In this document: positions 1 to 13,009 of the stretch, piece by piece | Position numbering within the stretch: position 1 is the first letter of the stretch | How the letters are laid out: each line of letters starts with the position of its first letter | Assembly (NCBI RefSeq): GCF_006345805.1 | Contig: NC_042999.1 | Location: 130,324,001-130,388,000, forward strand | Length of the DNA: 64,000 nt | Direction: 5' to 3' | Origin: Octopus sinensis | Lineage: Eukaryota | Notes under the pieces: generated by a model | Told to the model about the DNA's origin: nothing | What the model saw: the letters and a program-made list of their open reading frames with translations, nothing else | Databases searched by the model: none | Made by a program: the position numbers and the translations under genes

Positions 1-109
1 TATCCTTTACAGACAAAAATATTTCTATAAAATATTAATGAGTTTGAATGTAAGATAATTAAAATTGAGAAATATAATTCTAACTATAATTTGCCTTTTT
101 TCACTTCAG

Positions 110-744
110 GCTTGAGACTTCCTTTATGCAACCCACGCCTCGGTTATGGTGTTACTCAGATCATGTCCAACCACTATCCCGAACGTCTCGGCATGGTGAT
201 ATGCCTTAACCACAGTCCAGTCTTCCAGGGCGTATGGAGAGCTATAAAAGCCTTCTTACATCCAAATACTGTAGCCAAGATGCTCCTCATTCGCTCTAGA
301 AGCAAGGTACAGCAAACGTTCAGTAAATATTTCTCCCCTGAACTTACTCAATGGCTTCTCGAAGAAATTCGACTCAACAAACAAAAGCCATTTCCAGTTT
401 CACAAAAGACATTTTGGAATAAACCTGCCAAAAATGGTGATCACGACCCAAGAGGCTGTGCATCCTATGTTGCTAACTTCATTGAACCTTACTCAGAGAA
501 AAGCCTCATATTAATTCCTGGCTTTCACAAACCACATCCTACTATTTTAGACAGCATCCGGGGCGTGTTGGATTCAGATAAAGAAGCTTCTTTAGATTCA
601 TCAGAACTCGAGTCAAATTCACCGTTACCTGCTGATGAGGAAGATACCTTATTATACAGTGACGATGAACTTTCAAATGTGGCTGATATCACTATTGATG
701 AAGAATTTCAAATTCCTAAAGATTCAATTCCTATAAGATCTTAA
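110..744 (+). CDS. Terminal coding exon of a CRAL-TRIO (Sec14-like) lipid-binding protein with an acidic C-terminal tail; upstream exons lie outside the window
   Basis: Acceptor ttttttcacttcag at 96-109, phase 1. The peptide QIMSNHYPERLGMVICLNHSPVFQGVWRAIKAFLHPNTVAKM matches the CRAL-TRIO C-terminal signature (YPERL...N.P..F...W..IK.FL.P.T..K). Stop TAA at 742-744. Confidence 0.88.
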
Positions 745-2414
745 ACGTATTTTTCCAATGTTTTATTTCAGATTAACTTAAATAACACCATATTGAATCT
801 AATTTCATGAAATTATGTTTTATTTAGAGTAAATTCCATAAAATTAATATGGCATGTGGTCTTCAAGCTTTGCTATTTGACATGTTTTAATTCATTGATG
901 AAACTATACATTTTGTCTTTTAAGCTAAGATTGAGGGTTTTCTCCTTAAGGCCATCTAGATATAAAAAAGACATATAGTAAGGTAATCAATTATAAAGTA
1001 TTAGTATTAGAAATTTTGCTACAGTAAAATTTTGCATGTAGATCATATAGGTAATTGTGAACCAAAAACAACTTTTATCAATGAAAATTAAAAATATGAT
1101 AAAAAAATCTTTAGTAATAATAAGAATTTCTGATCCAGGCCCTTGTGCAACTTATTAGTATGTTAGGAGTTACTAAAGAAAATGAAAGAAAAAAAAAATC
1201 AAATGTGAAACACTTTTAAAAGTTATAAAAGGATCAATGCTAGTCTTAAAAGAATTAAGTTCATATTTAACTGTGGAACAAGTTTTGCTTGCTTTTGAAT
1301 TTGACCAAGGAGGAGAAAAATAGTACAAGGAACACCAGCTTGAATGTGAAAGTATTATTCCATGCAAGGATAAATAAACTTAAACAGATGAATATATTTG
1401 GAAGAAAGATAATAGTCATTTTGTTATAGAGAACCATACTTCAAAGCAGCTGAATTAATAATAGACCTAATACAATTCCAGATAAGATCTTTAGAAATCG
1501 TTAAACCTAGCAGGTGAAGACTAAAAACTAGAGAAGACTGTAAGACACAGAAGTAGGAGTATCATCAGAGTCCCTGTAACGATTAATGGAAAGAAGTTTA
1601 GTTTTTGTAAGAAGGACAAGAGGAACTTGGCAATTTAAATTGATTAAAACATTAACTGGAGATATGCAATGGGCTGTGTATTTTTAATTCTTGGTAAGAA
1701 TGATAACTCTGGATATGTTTCAGTTGTATTAGACTGTACTTCACTGACATAACAGACCTTAGAATAACTGAAAGAATATAATTTTTACATGAAATTATTC
1801 ACTGATTATGTAATATAATCAACTGATGCTGGAAAATTTCCCAGGGAATACACTTCTTGAAAAGAACTGTCATTAATGCTTAATGAGTTTTTTTTTTCTA
1901 ATTATGGATACATTTTGACTAAAACTCCTTTTGAGCCAACTACATTGTTAGCCTGCACTTAACTATATGTTCTACATAATAGCATCCCTGGAAAAATTTC
2001 TATTGTAATTATTTTAAATTGTCTTATAAGTCATCCTAAAATCTGTTAAGTACACGTTAGAGTATATATTACTGAAAAAATCTAAGACTGAAACAAGTGC
2101 AAAGTTGTTACTGTACCTACCACATATCAGACTCACTCCCTATAGGATATCTTCATGAATATTCAGTTAAAATTTCAGACTTCCTTCTTTTATCATTCCT
2201 GACAAGTATTGTTTCTAATGCCATTTTGCATTTTTTTTTTTGTTTAATTTGATTAAAAATTATACCTTGTGTAACTTTGCACTAAACTATATAATATAGT
2301 GCGAATGGTATATCATATGCTTCTACACAACTCATTGAAATTGAACTTACCTTACTCTGCTATGAACTCTCACAGAGCTTGAACTTTCGATTCAGTATTC
2401 AAATTTTATATATA

Positions 2415-2491
2415 CAGGGTGTCCAGACAGTTTTGCCTGATTGTATATGTACAGTAAAATAAAAATCAGGCGAAGCTTTCTGGACACCCTG
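2415..2491. mobile_element. 77-bp Tc1/mariner-type MITE (almost pure hairpin)
   Basis: 28-nt TIRs CAGGGTGTCCAGACAGTTTTGCCTGATT and revcomp CAGGGTGTCCAGAAAGCTTCGCCTGATT (3 mismatches). TA on the left, TG (decayed TA) on the right. Confidence 0.75.
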
Positions 2492-3258
2492 TGCATATAT
2501 TTATATATACATAAATAAACTTGGAGTAAAAAGTTTCCACAAAATTTTCTCAGCAAACAAACATGTATTACTATAAAACTTGAGGCTAATTTTTGACCAA
2601 AAGCAAGGTGTTATTTTATATTTCATTGGTAATAAGTTGTTAAAATCAACATAACATATTTTGCAACATTGTAAATCTTCACAGTCAATCAATCCTTCTT
2701 GCAGGAAGCATTTTAAGGCCAATAATGAAAGATCTGAAAAAAACAATGTTTTAACAGCACTCTTAGCTAAAGCCTGAGGTAGATCAGATATACTGAGATT
2801 ATAGATGCCCATAATATATTTAGCCATGTATTGTTTGATTTTCAGCAGCTAAAAGGAAAAGAATAAGAAACAAACACAGTGTATTCACAAGGACTAAAAG
2901 TACTGAGACATTAAAATGTTTCCATGATAAACTACAAAAATATAGTTTAAAATATTCTATTGCTTTCAAGAAGATAAGTACAAAAACAAATGAGTTCATT
3001 GCATTTTAAAAGTTAAATTTATTCTTTTACATAATAAATATTTCATAAAAACTGAAAACATATGTTAAGGTCTGATCAGGTTGGTTTTAAACTTCAGCCA
3101 TTTTCATCCAGGCAAAATTCAAATTTGAATGCAACATGTATATAACAATATGTGCTATAGTAAACCTTCATTTTTTGTATAAAAACAGAGGATGAAAGGA
3201 TTTTGCAAAAGTCTAACATTAAATAATAGAAACAGTTACAGAAGATTTCCATAAAAGG

Positions 3259-3362
3259 CTAGGATGCAGCTTTTTTCTTGTTTTCAGCAAATTTTTTTAG
3301 TCCTTCTTCCATCACTTCTTTAGTAACTCCAGTATTCTTATGTACATGAATTGCTGTTACAC
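3259..3362 (-). CDS. MDP1: MDP1 exon 6, terminal (GVTAIHVHKNTGVTKEVMEEGLKKFAENKKKAAS*)
   Basis: Acceptor aattttgtag, stop TAG at 3261-3259. The six exons sum to 516 nt = 171 aa + stop. A candidate AATAAA lies on the - strand near 3020. Confidence 0.93.
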
Positions 3363-3902
3363 CTACAAAATTTTAAAAAAAACACAAACTAAATATATAA
3401 TCTTTTTCCTTTCCATCTATTAAATATTCATAGTATTATTTCCTTCCCATCATCAACTCCCACCCAGTACAAGTTAACATTTTCATTGCAGTTACATTCA
3501 TATATGGTTAGTCCAAGTATTCCCTTAATACCACTTGACTAACACTGCGTTTTTGCAACAAACTTAACCACTATACAGGGATCCTACTTACCTTCCTTGC
3601 AATTTATGATTATCCCTCCCTATTTACTTTTTTGAAGAAGCATGATTTTGTTAGTTAACTATGTAGGTTCTAACCACTAAGTATACACATGCTTAACCAT
3701 CTTCTTCCAGTTGCCTTCATTGAAACGCCATACAGCATTCAAAATTACCTTAAAGTTCTTAAATTTATCTACAAGAATGAGATTCGGTCAGCAAATAGTG
3801 AAATCTGTGATTAAAGCCTTCAATAATAATCTCTAATTTTAACCTTTGTCAAATGGTGTCCTACACTACATCAGTATGTCAATAATATTACTGTGGTGTC
3901 TA

Positions 3903-4110
3903 AGGTGGTGAGCTGACAGAATCATTACCACACCAGGAAAAATGCTTGGCAGTATTTCTTCCCACTTTACATTCTGAGTTCAAATGGTTGACTTTGCCTT
4001 TCATCCTTTCAAGGTTGATAAAATATGTACCAGCTAAGTAATGGGGGTCGATGTAATTGATTTACACCCTCTCATGAGATTGCTGACCTTGTACCCAAAT
4101 TTGAAACCAT
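3903..4110 (+). mobile_element. tRNA-derived SINE, family B (ggcggcgagctggcagaatcgttagc... type), decayed
   Basis: Aligns by eye to copies at 42024-42470, 46385-46797 and 58321-58535 (shared ttctgagttcaaat...gactttgcctttcatcctttc...gtcgat). Confidence 0.75.
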
Positions 4111-4964
4111 ACTGTTAGCATCTAGTTTGAATTCAAGAATATCATCCGATATTTCTTGCTTCATTACTGTCTTTTCTTATTTCTTCTTTCTTATACACAT
4201 ATAAAAGAATAACAACAAAACAAAAAAAACATACATATGAACCTTTCTCATATCTGCAAAGATTCTACACACACCACTTAATGAAATGAAGGAACATAAA
4301 GAAAAAGTCTTTAGTATGATGAATATAAAACACAGCAGTTTTCTTTTCAGCCATCAAATGCTTCCTTTATTTGAATTGGCAACTAATTTTCTCTCAAAAC
4401 TATACTCTATCTTTGAAAAAGGAAGACACATGGGTAATATAGCTCTAGATATATTAAATCTGGAGACAAAAAGGTGGAACAATAACAGCTGGAATATCTT
4501 CTCTCATGGGTTTAACTGGTCAGAGATGACCTTGGGCTAAACAGCAACAGGAGCTAAATTTCAAAATATTCCTACAAATTCCAGAGGAGTTTGCTGAGTC
4601 CATAGCCTTCATTTCACTACTATCCTATGATTAAACGGTTCTTGCATCTAGGACACATGTCATGCTCTGACCTAGTTCACATTGCTTCTGTGGCCACCAC
4701 CAAAAACTATTGCAATACTAGAAATAGCAACAAAATCTTCCTCAAATCATACCCTTCCATTTTACAAAAAGATGAAACAGTAGATAACATGGTTCTAGAT
4801 ACAGTATCAGAAATTATAGCTGGAATGATACTGATCACAGAGCTGGTCAAAATAGACAAAAATAATAATAGGTTGAAGAGAAAAAATATCTTGTGTATAT
4901 ATGTTGAGAATAATATATACATGCCTGAGTGTGTGTGTATGTATAGGTGAAAGTGTGGTATATA

Positions 4965-5339
4965 GATGCAGGTATGGCTGTGTGGTAAGAAGTTTGCTTC
5001 TTAACTACATGGTTCCAGGGTTTGTCCCACTGTGTGGCACCTTCGGCAAGTGTCTTCTATAGCCCTAGGCTGACCAGAACCTTGTGAGTGGATTTGGTAA
5101 ATGAAAACTGAAAGAAGCCTGTTGTGTACATATATATAAATATGTGTGTGTGAGTGTTCTTGTTTGTTTGTCCACCACTACTTGACAACCAGTGTTGGTG
5201 TGTTTACATCCCTGTAACTTAATGGTTCAGCAAAAGAGACTGATAGAAGTACTAGGCTTTAAAAAAATAAGTCTTCTGTGTCAAATTGTTCAACTAAAAC
5301 CATTCAAAACAGTGCCCCAGCACTAGAACAAGTAAAAGA
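4965..5339 (+). mobile_element. tRNA-derived SINE, family A (gtggctgtgtggtaag...gaaactgaaagaagccc...caagtaaaaga)
   Basis: A-box/B-box-like head, internal TA/CA microsatellite and shared tail; many homologous copies in the window. Confidence 0.85.
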
Positions 5340-6376
5340 CACCTTTATAAACTTTTGCAAGGAAAAGATTTCAGCTTGCTTACTTTCTGATTGATGAAAG
5401 CAAATCAAAACTTTGAAGTCACTATCAGCCTTTTCCTTTGTAAAAGTTCATAAATATGAAAAGTATTGAGTAATCTTTCAGTTTAATGTTAAATTGTTTT
5501 TATATATAGCTTGATACAAAAAACAAACATTAATACGTGTGTGTGGATGGCATATGAGAACAGGCATAACTGAGTGGTCAAGAATTTTAGTTCAAATCTT
5601 GAAATCTCAGACATGATCACACTGCATGATATCTTAAGCATGAGTCTTTTATGACAAACTCAGTTCAAACTACGTCTTGTGAGTGAGATTAGATAAACAG
5701 AAACTATGTAGATACCCATTCAATGGACTGTGCCATCTTTGTCATAGTGCTATGTTGATTCTGTCTGAAAATGTCTGGAATACTCAGTTGCTTACTCTAT
5801 AACACTGTGTAACAAATTTTTTTTGTCTTTGGTCAGTAAGTGTTATTTCCTATTTGCTTCAATCTAGAAATAAAAGGAAATGACTACTATTACCTTCAAA
5901 CCTTGCTTTTGTGACCTAGACATCAATAATTTGAAACTGACCTACTTTCCATTACATTTCAGGTAGATTCAGTGCTGAGTTACAGAAATATTGTTATAGC
6001 AAACAGTCTGCTCAATACTACAGATTTGCTTGACCTTAACCACTTGAGCATGTCCTTTAGTGGCTATCATGTGGAGGAGGGTATCATAGTCATATGCTGA
6101 TAGGAATTATTTGGCATTTGAATAAATGGAACAAAAGTAAATTTAGAAGGAAATATTAGCCATTTTCCATACTTTCTAGGGGTAAGCAACTAGGAAATAA
6201 CAGTCACTACCCAAGGACAAAAATTGTGTTACACAGTGTAATTCAAAGGAGAATCAATATTCATTCATGCAAGATCCAGTTTTGTTTTTCTCTTTCACAT
6301 GTTAAGACACATACACAAAAACATGCATGTAAAAATGAAATGATGAAGCAATGAATTTATTAAAATATATTCTTAC

Positions 6377-6462
6377 CTATGTTACCAACAGCTGTTACAT
6401 TCCTCCCTTCATCATCAAAGAATAACATATCTTCATATGGGATGTTGCTGTGTTTATGAAAC
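6377..6462 (-). CDS. MDP1: MDP1 exon 5 (QFHKHSNIPYEDMLFFDDEGRNVTAVGNI)
   Basis: Acceptor ttttgctatcaag, donor G|GTAAGA, 86 nt. MLFFDDE.RN is HAD motif IV. Confidence 0.95.
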
Positions 6463-7559
6463 CTTGATAGCAAAATAAAAGACTTTTCTGTGAGGTTGTC
6501 TGTTTTCACCCCCTTTTGATTCTATTAGCTTTATTTTATTAGAATATAATATAAATAAAATGGTATAAGTCTAAATGGTTGGACTCATCACAAACTGAAA
6601 TTGCTGCTAACAACTGGAATTTCTTCTTGAGTTAGTAAAAAGTTATGTGAACTTAATCTATTGAAATAAAGTCTGCATTTTTCTCATAGCATGGTTTATA
6701 GTGTGTGTGTGTGTTTGAGTAAAGGTTTACATACATACACTGACTGCAATTATTGCTGAGGCTACCCACAGGACAGCCCTGGTCTCTTAATCATGCTCAA
6801 TGCATCCAGGACCACACTATCTCATGTTTCCTTTTATAACAAATTAGAGCATAATGTGAGAGATGCAAGCTATTTCTAGTAAGCAGTAAGCTGAGTGACC
6901 ATATAAAAGTTCCCTTGTTGGATTGCGATGTGTCTGCGCATGTGCACAAGCAGGGCTATGCAAACACACACAAGCCATATAAGCAAGGTTGTATACATTT
7001 CCGAGTCATGATCTTAAGCCATACACTGACATTTATCATTTAAAGGTTATTCTCAGAAAGTAGGTTAGTTGCCCTTAGACCATTCATAATGACTCAGACT
7101 GGAGGTCAGGGATAACTTGTGCAACAGTGACATGATTGAACATCAGTATAAAAGTCTGCAGGTTGTTTAGAATAAAACATGGGCTAATTCTGAGAGAGAA
7201 ATATTAAAATATAAATATGAGCCAAGTGTGTGAGATACCATGCTAGAAGTAATGGCAGACGTTGTGTACTGATAGATACATTTGTAAGTGATATGGAGGT
7301 AACAAGTTCAAGCAAACAAAGACTGTGTGTAGAATGGTTTGTGTTACGATAGTGTACATCACATTAATAACCTCAGTGTTAGAGTGATGTATACATTGGT
7401 CTTCACACCACTATAAGCCTACAAAAAGTTATACAGCATTGGACCATTAGGACTTTTCTATCAGATAATTGGGTTTTCCATGGGAGGAAGGAGTAACAGG
7501 TAAGGAAGATGACCAGTTTTATCAAACCTTTGTGAGAATTATCTCAAAGGAATATCCAA

Positions 7560-7950
7560 CCGAGATATTGTATTGATCCCTCTTATCTGCACCAACGCAG
7601 CATAATTTTGCCCTGTTGTCCTATCAGCCAGTACTCCCTCTCATCACTCACGATTACCTTTATCCACCTCTGATATTACCAGTCACATCTTTCGATTCTA
7701 CTCTGAAATATTCATGCCTTTCTTCCATCATATACTCTTTCTCCTTCCACTCTCCTAACCATTCTAGTTTCTCTCCCTGTTTAAAAGAGCAAATGTACAC
7801 ACTCTAGGTTATTCACTCTAATTCCAGCCTTCTCAATTACCCTTTTTGTTGTCATTGCTCCTTCTCCTATTCCCTCAAATTAGACGCCATAACATACTGA
7901 GCACTCTTTAACACCGTACTGGTGCTAGGAACCTGCCATGCTCCCTCCAT
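7560..7950 (+). mobile_element. Highly decayed Penelope-like fragment (RT thumb/linker region)
   Basis: Frameshifted pieces VLPLITHDY and FKRANVHTL resemble the linker (LPFPLTYHP...FERAHNLRDLLVHS) upstream of the GIY-YIG ORF at 28680-28930. Confidence 0.35.
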
Positions 7951-8434
7951 AGGTGAATAATGAACAAGACTACATTTCTAATGATGATGCCACAAAAAAA
8001 AATGTGAAGTGTTTGACAAATGAGCAAAGAAACTGTAGAAACCAAGCCAAATGACGTGTGTGAGCACCAGCCTTTAGGATAGGAGTAGATCTCATTAAAA
8101 AATGATACAGAACATGAAGACCCATCCCACCCCTACCAGCACAAAAAGCATACATAATGATGAAAATAAAGGTATTTTAAAGGCCATGATTGTAAATATC
8201 ATTGTGTGTGTGTGTATTATATATATAGAGAGATAGAAAGAGAGAGAGGGGCAATTATGCAGCTAAATAAATTAAATATATCAAATATAATAGTTTGGGT
8301 ATGAAATAGAAAATATGTATATACGTATAGATGCAAAATGAGAGAAAGCAAAAGCTGGAGGCTTTCAGATGATGAATTTATATTAATAGGTTCAATTTAC
8401 ACAGTGAAAATTAACAGAGTGGAAGAATATATAT

Positions 8435-8680
8435 ATCATCATCATTTAACATCCGCTTTCCATGCTAGCATGGGTTGGACGGTTCAACTGGGGTCTGGGG
8501 AGCCCGAAAGCTGCACCAGTCCAGTCAGATCTGGCAGTGTTTCTACAGCTGGATGCCCTTCCTAACGCCAACCACTCCAAGAGTGTAGTGGGTGATTTTA
8601 TGTGCCACCGACACAGGTGCCAGACGAGGCTGGCAAACGGCCACGCTCGGATGGTGTTTTTTTATGTGCCACCGACACTA
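8435..8680 (-). mobile_element. Retroposon 3' part with RTE-type tail (ggttggcgttaggaagggcatccagc...gatgatgatg on the - strand)
   Basis: Plus strand reads catcatcatcatttaac...ggatgcccttcctaacgccaacc, a tail type associated with RTE-mobilised SINEs; (GAT)n tail on the - strand. Confidence 0.6.
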
Positions 8681-8822
8681 CATAATAATAATAATAATAA
8701 TGAAATTATTGTATACAGTGCTCAGGTGCATCACAACTTGTCAGAAAGTGCATATAAAGTATATGCAGTAATGTACAAATATCTGGAAAGCGAACAATGT
8801 ATGAGTCAGATACATGCTTCTA

Positions 8823-9090
8823 TATAAAAACAACTTATAAACAAGAGCAAAAGAAAAAATTCTAATGCCAAATATGCCGAAAACAGACTTAAATCATCAA
8901 TAACCATATAATTCATCACTGTAAGCACAAATTATATGGTCATTGACGATTTATGTCTGTTTTTGGCATTAGAATTTTTTCTTTTGCCCTTGTTTATAAG
9001 TTGTTTATAAATTTAACCTCTAAAGGTATTTTTTAATATGCTGACCATTGATAGAATTTTTTTCGAAAAATTTTATCCTATATTAGATGT
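8823..9090. repeat. Fold-back element copy 1 in MDP1 intron 4: inverted arms 8823-8913 / 8930-9009
   Basis: The arms are reverse complements apart from a few mismatches and a ~10-nt indel, with a 16-nt spacer. Homologous to 51845-52121. Confidence 0.85.
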
Positions 9091-10344
9091 ATATATATAT
9101 ACTGCAAATGTATATACTATTTCAGTTTAGACTTCACAAAGCCAACCAACTAGCTGGCTATGTTCTGTTGGGCCTGACAAATTTCAAACCAGAAAAAAAT
9201 TTAAACCAAGGTTTATCATTAACATAATAATGTTTGAACGAAAAGTTCTGTTAAACAGAGATAAAATGAGAGCCAGTTTGAAACAATGAATGCAGAATGA
9301 AGACAATGAACAAGAAGAAACTTGTGAAAGCTGACAGAGCTTCTATGACAGTAAATTTCACACAATGGTAGAAGCTTGTTTATACTCAGAGACTGAATTG
9401 TATTCAGATCCAGAGGAGAGACCCAGTACTTCAGAATAATACAAAAGTGAAACAACATGGTAAAAAAACCTGAGAAGAAATGAAACAAATAAAAGAAAAA
9501 GAACCACAAAAAGTAGGGCCTAGATATTTCTTTAGAGAAATGTCAGCTTACCAAAATAAAAGAGAAGCAGAGTTTAATGTTCCTCACAGTACTTAAAACT
9601 GAGATAGTGTATCAGAACAAATGAAGGTATTTTAAAAACGAAATGTGTCTTAAATATCAGCATACTTGTTATTAATGGTAATACAAAGAGAAAAGTTATT
9701 AACTAATGGATATGACAAATATGTGAAATTAGAAAATATTAGGTATGAAAAGAAGGATACTTCATAGTATATGGATCCAACACATATCAACAAGAATAAA
9801 AGATATTAGAATAATGAATGGTGTCAATGATGTTGAAGATGATAATGTTGGAAGTGGTGGTAGGTTTTGATACAGACATGAGAATCTCTGAAATTGATCA
9901 GATCATGAATTCAATATGTAGAAGGATTCAGAAACAGCACTAGCAATTTATGATAATCTCAGAATGCTTTATTTTAATATTAATAGAAGCTACAGTCTTA
10001 TATGTGAGGGATATAGTTGGTTATCTTAAGATCTTTCCATACTAATCACCAAAGAATGAAAAGCAAAATTAATTTTAGCAGAATGTGAATGTTGACTGTA
10101 GAGGGTACCATTTTTGTCCTCTCTGTTTATTTTTATTCTCCAACTTAGTCTCTGAAACTTGTTTATATTTTCTCATAACTTTGTTTTCAAATTCAACCAT
10201 CTAAATTTTCTCTATTGGAAAACAAAACAAAACAAAACATTATACCTAAATTTATACAAATAACTGTCATATTGAAAAGGTATGGAGGTATGATATATGT
10301 TACTAATAATGTTTTACAGGAGAAATATTAAATGTAATACATAC

Positions 10345-10452
10345 TGGGAAAAATGAATTGTTTTATCTCCAGGATAAATCTCAGAAAATTCAAAATATTT
10401 ACTCCAGTTAAATAAATCCATCAACTGCTTTGCACTTTTTATTGCACCTGTT
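10345..10452 (-). CDS. MDP1: MDP1 exon 4 (RTGAIKSAKQLMDLFNWSKYFEFSEIYPGDKTIHFS)
   Basis: Acceptor ttctctag, donor CA|GTATGT, 108 nt, phase 2-2. EIYPGxK..HF is HAD motif III. Confidence 0.95.
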
Positions 10453-10590
10453 CTAGAGAAATAAAAAGAAGAATTCAACAGAAAATTCAGATATTTCTAA
10501 TGAAAAAATTACATTTGGAAGTGATTTTTATAAATAAAAATAGCATATTTGACCACATGATTAATCCAGAAATATAATGAACTGAAATAC

Positions 10591-10701
10591 CTGGAAGCAA
10601 CACCAAGCTTATAACCTTCATTTTGAAGGGACTGCAACACCTCTGGAACTTCAGGGAAATGTGTCACATGGTCTCCAAGGGAATCATATACTTTATCCTT
10701 C
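10591..10701 (-). CDS. MDP1: MDP1 exon 3 (RKDKVYDSLGDHVTHFPEVPEVLQSLQNEGYKLGVAS)
   Basis: Acceptor ttttttattag, donor AG|GTATTT, 111 nt, phase 2-2. Contains PEVPEVL and the start of HAD motif II (ASR). Confidence 0.95.
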
Positions 10702-10964
10702 CTAATAAAAAAGAAATTCAAATAATTATCATATACAGGTTTGACAAAGAATGGAAAGAAAATTTATCTCACCTTTCAATACATTTATGCAAAATTTAGC
10801 TACTTGTCAGCAGTAATTCAGTTGATCCAGAATTAAAGAGAAAATCTGACAGCAATAACTGAATTACATTGCCCCGTGTTACTTAACAAAAAGTAAAAAC
10901 TAATACTTTTCCTCTATCAACTGCATTTGTAACAATAGATTTTGTTTTTACACTTAGTCTAAGG

Positions 10965-11137
10965 CAGTGTTCCATAACCGGTATACCATGACACACTGGT
11001 GTGCCAAAGACAATGCTAGGTGTGCTGCAGTGTAACCTGAATATAATTTTTTTCCCTATACTTTTAGTTTAGGTGTGCCACCAAATTTTGAAAAGAATAT
11101 AAGCCTACTGCTAGTGAAAAAATGTTGCAGAACACTG
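10965..11137. mobile_element. hAT (Charlie-like) MITE
   Basis: TIRs CAGTGTTCCATAAC / GTTGCAGAACACTG and a perfect 8-bp TSD GTCTAAGG (10957-10964, 11138-11145). Confidence 0.9.
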
Positions 11138-11216
11138 GTCTAAGGGAAGGACAGTGTTCATAATCTTCACTAGTCTGCAATACTAGTGATGCCAATATTT
11201 TTTATCTTTTATCTTT

Positions 11217-11470
11217 TACTTATTTCAATCATTTGACTATGGCCATGCTGGAGCACTTGCCTTGAAGGGTTCTTAGTCAAAAAATTGACCCCAGGACTTT
11301 TTTTAAAGTCTAGTACTTATTCTATTGGTCTCTTTTACCCAACTGCAAAGTTACAGGGATATAAACACACCAAACCGGTTGTCAAGCAGTGGTGTGGGAC
11401 AAACACAAAAGCACACACACACATATATATATATACGATGGGCTTCTTTCAGTTTCCATCTACCAAATCA
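11217..11470 (-). mobile_element. SINE family A, 5'-truncated
   Basis: Reverse complement of the family A tail (catttgactatggccatgctggagcac...gggcttctttcagtttccatctaccaaatc). Confidence 0.85.
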
Positions 11471-11835
11471 ACTTCAGATCTGATTGAGCAGGCCTATGGT
11501 TCGAAATATTCCAGCTATGACCATTCCTATCTTTGTAGAAGTATGTTTAACTATATCATTCAATGTATTCTTTCCTTTCTTAAGACAGAAAAGTGTAATT
11601 TGAGGGAGATTCGACTACTATTTCTATCAGTTCCATGTAGAGGCTTGCTTATTAACTTGACAAAACACAGTAGAGAATTATATTTTAGCAACAGAGATAG
11701 TATCAAAACTGAGAGATCTGAGAGAAAATGCTTATCCCAACTTAAATATGGATGTTCTGTTAGAACAAACTATACTGTGGTAGATACCATGAGAGAAATT
11801 CATATTGGCTTTTGGTGCTAAATGTACTCTTGTTT

Positions 11836-12213
11836 CTCTTCTTTTTGCCAGTCTGCAGTTGTTTGTGAAGAGTGCCTCTCCAGCTGGTTCGGTCGGCTGT
11901 GAGATCCTCCCAGGAATTGGTGTTGATGCCAAGTGCCTTCATATCCCTCCTGCAGACTGGCAAAGAGAATTTGAGGGTGGTGGCGGCTGAAAACTGAAAA
12001 CTGAGCCCGCAGAATAAAAATGACAGCCAACAGACCAGATTCAACTTATAGATTCATAGTGACCGGATTCAACGTATAGGTGTGACCTCTGCAAATGAGA
12101 CTGCCACTCTCGCATCGGTCTCTACAGCCACAGGAGGCGTTGCAAAAACTGAATAGACAACTCAATGGACAGATGACATCATCCATGGTCAGCCACGACC
12201 GACGGAGGCCCTA
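11836..12213 (+). mobile_element. RTE (BovB-like) LINE 3' fragment with 5' inversion and 12-bp TSD
   Basis: The - strand of 11836-11965 encodes VCRRDMKALGINTNSWEDLTADRTSWRGTLHKQLQTG. The + strand of 11990-12160 encodes ANRPDSTYRCDLCK*DCHSRIGLYSHRRRC plus a 3' UTR. TSD GTACTCTTGTTT at 11824-11835 and 12214-12225. Confidence 0.88.
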
Positions 12214-12751
12214 GTACTCTTGTTTACATCACTAACAGAGATATAGATCCCTGCCACCTCCAGTTCTGAGACCACCAGATCGTGTGATTTTGTCCTTCCT
12301 TGGTTTTATCAATGATGGACATTCAACTGCTAGAGGTAGCAGCAACTTATCTCCCAACCAGCAATATATAGAAAAAGAGTACCAGAACAGGTGCTGGTGT
12401 TGCAATTAGCCAGTGTGTTTGTTAAAAAATATATATTAGTGACAGAGAAGAAATATTTATCTTCACTTAAACATGGACGTTCTACTAGAACAAAGTATAC
12501 GGCAGTAGATACCATCAGAGAAACTCTCATATTGGCTCTTGGTGCAAAATGCACCCTGTTTATATCACCTCCAGCGCCAAGACCACCAGATCACATGATT
12601 TCAACTTTCTTTGGTCTTATCAATAATGGATGTTTGACTGCTAGAGGTAGCAGCAAGTCATCTGCACACCAGCGTTATATAGAAAAGCAATGTCAGGATG
12701 GGTGCTGGTGTTGCAATTAGCCAGTGAGCTTGTTAAAACATATATTAGTGA

Positions 12752-13009
12752 TATAAATAAATGTTCCTTCTCGAGCCATGCCAGGCTCATAAGGGCCGGT
12801 TTCCTGGTTTCAGTGGCGTAGAAATTCCCCACCTGAACGGGACGCCAATCCATCGCAGGATTACTCCTTTTGCCAGCTGAGTGGACTGGAGCAACGTGAA
12901 AATGAAGTGTTTTGCTCAAGAACACAATGCATCACCCAGTCCAGGAATCGAAACCACAACCTTACGATCATGAGTTCAATACCCTAACCACTAAGCCACA
13001 TACCTCCAC
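12752..13009 (-). mobile_element. tRNA-derived SINE, family C (core gatggactggcgtcc...)
   Basis: tRNA-like head gtggaggtatgtggcttagtggttaggg on the - strand; 10-bp TSD ATATTAGTGA (12742-12751, 13010-13019); homologous to 62401-62664. Confidence 0.88.

Noticed and set aside
8338-8827. ORFs 8338-8565 and 8462-8827
   Set aside because: They run through SINE/LINE tail sequence and (AAT)n, with no protein features.
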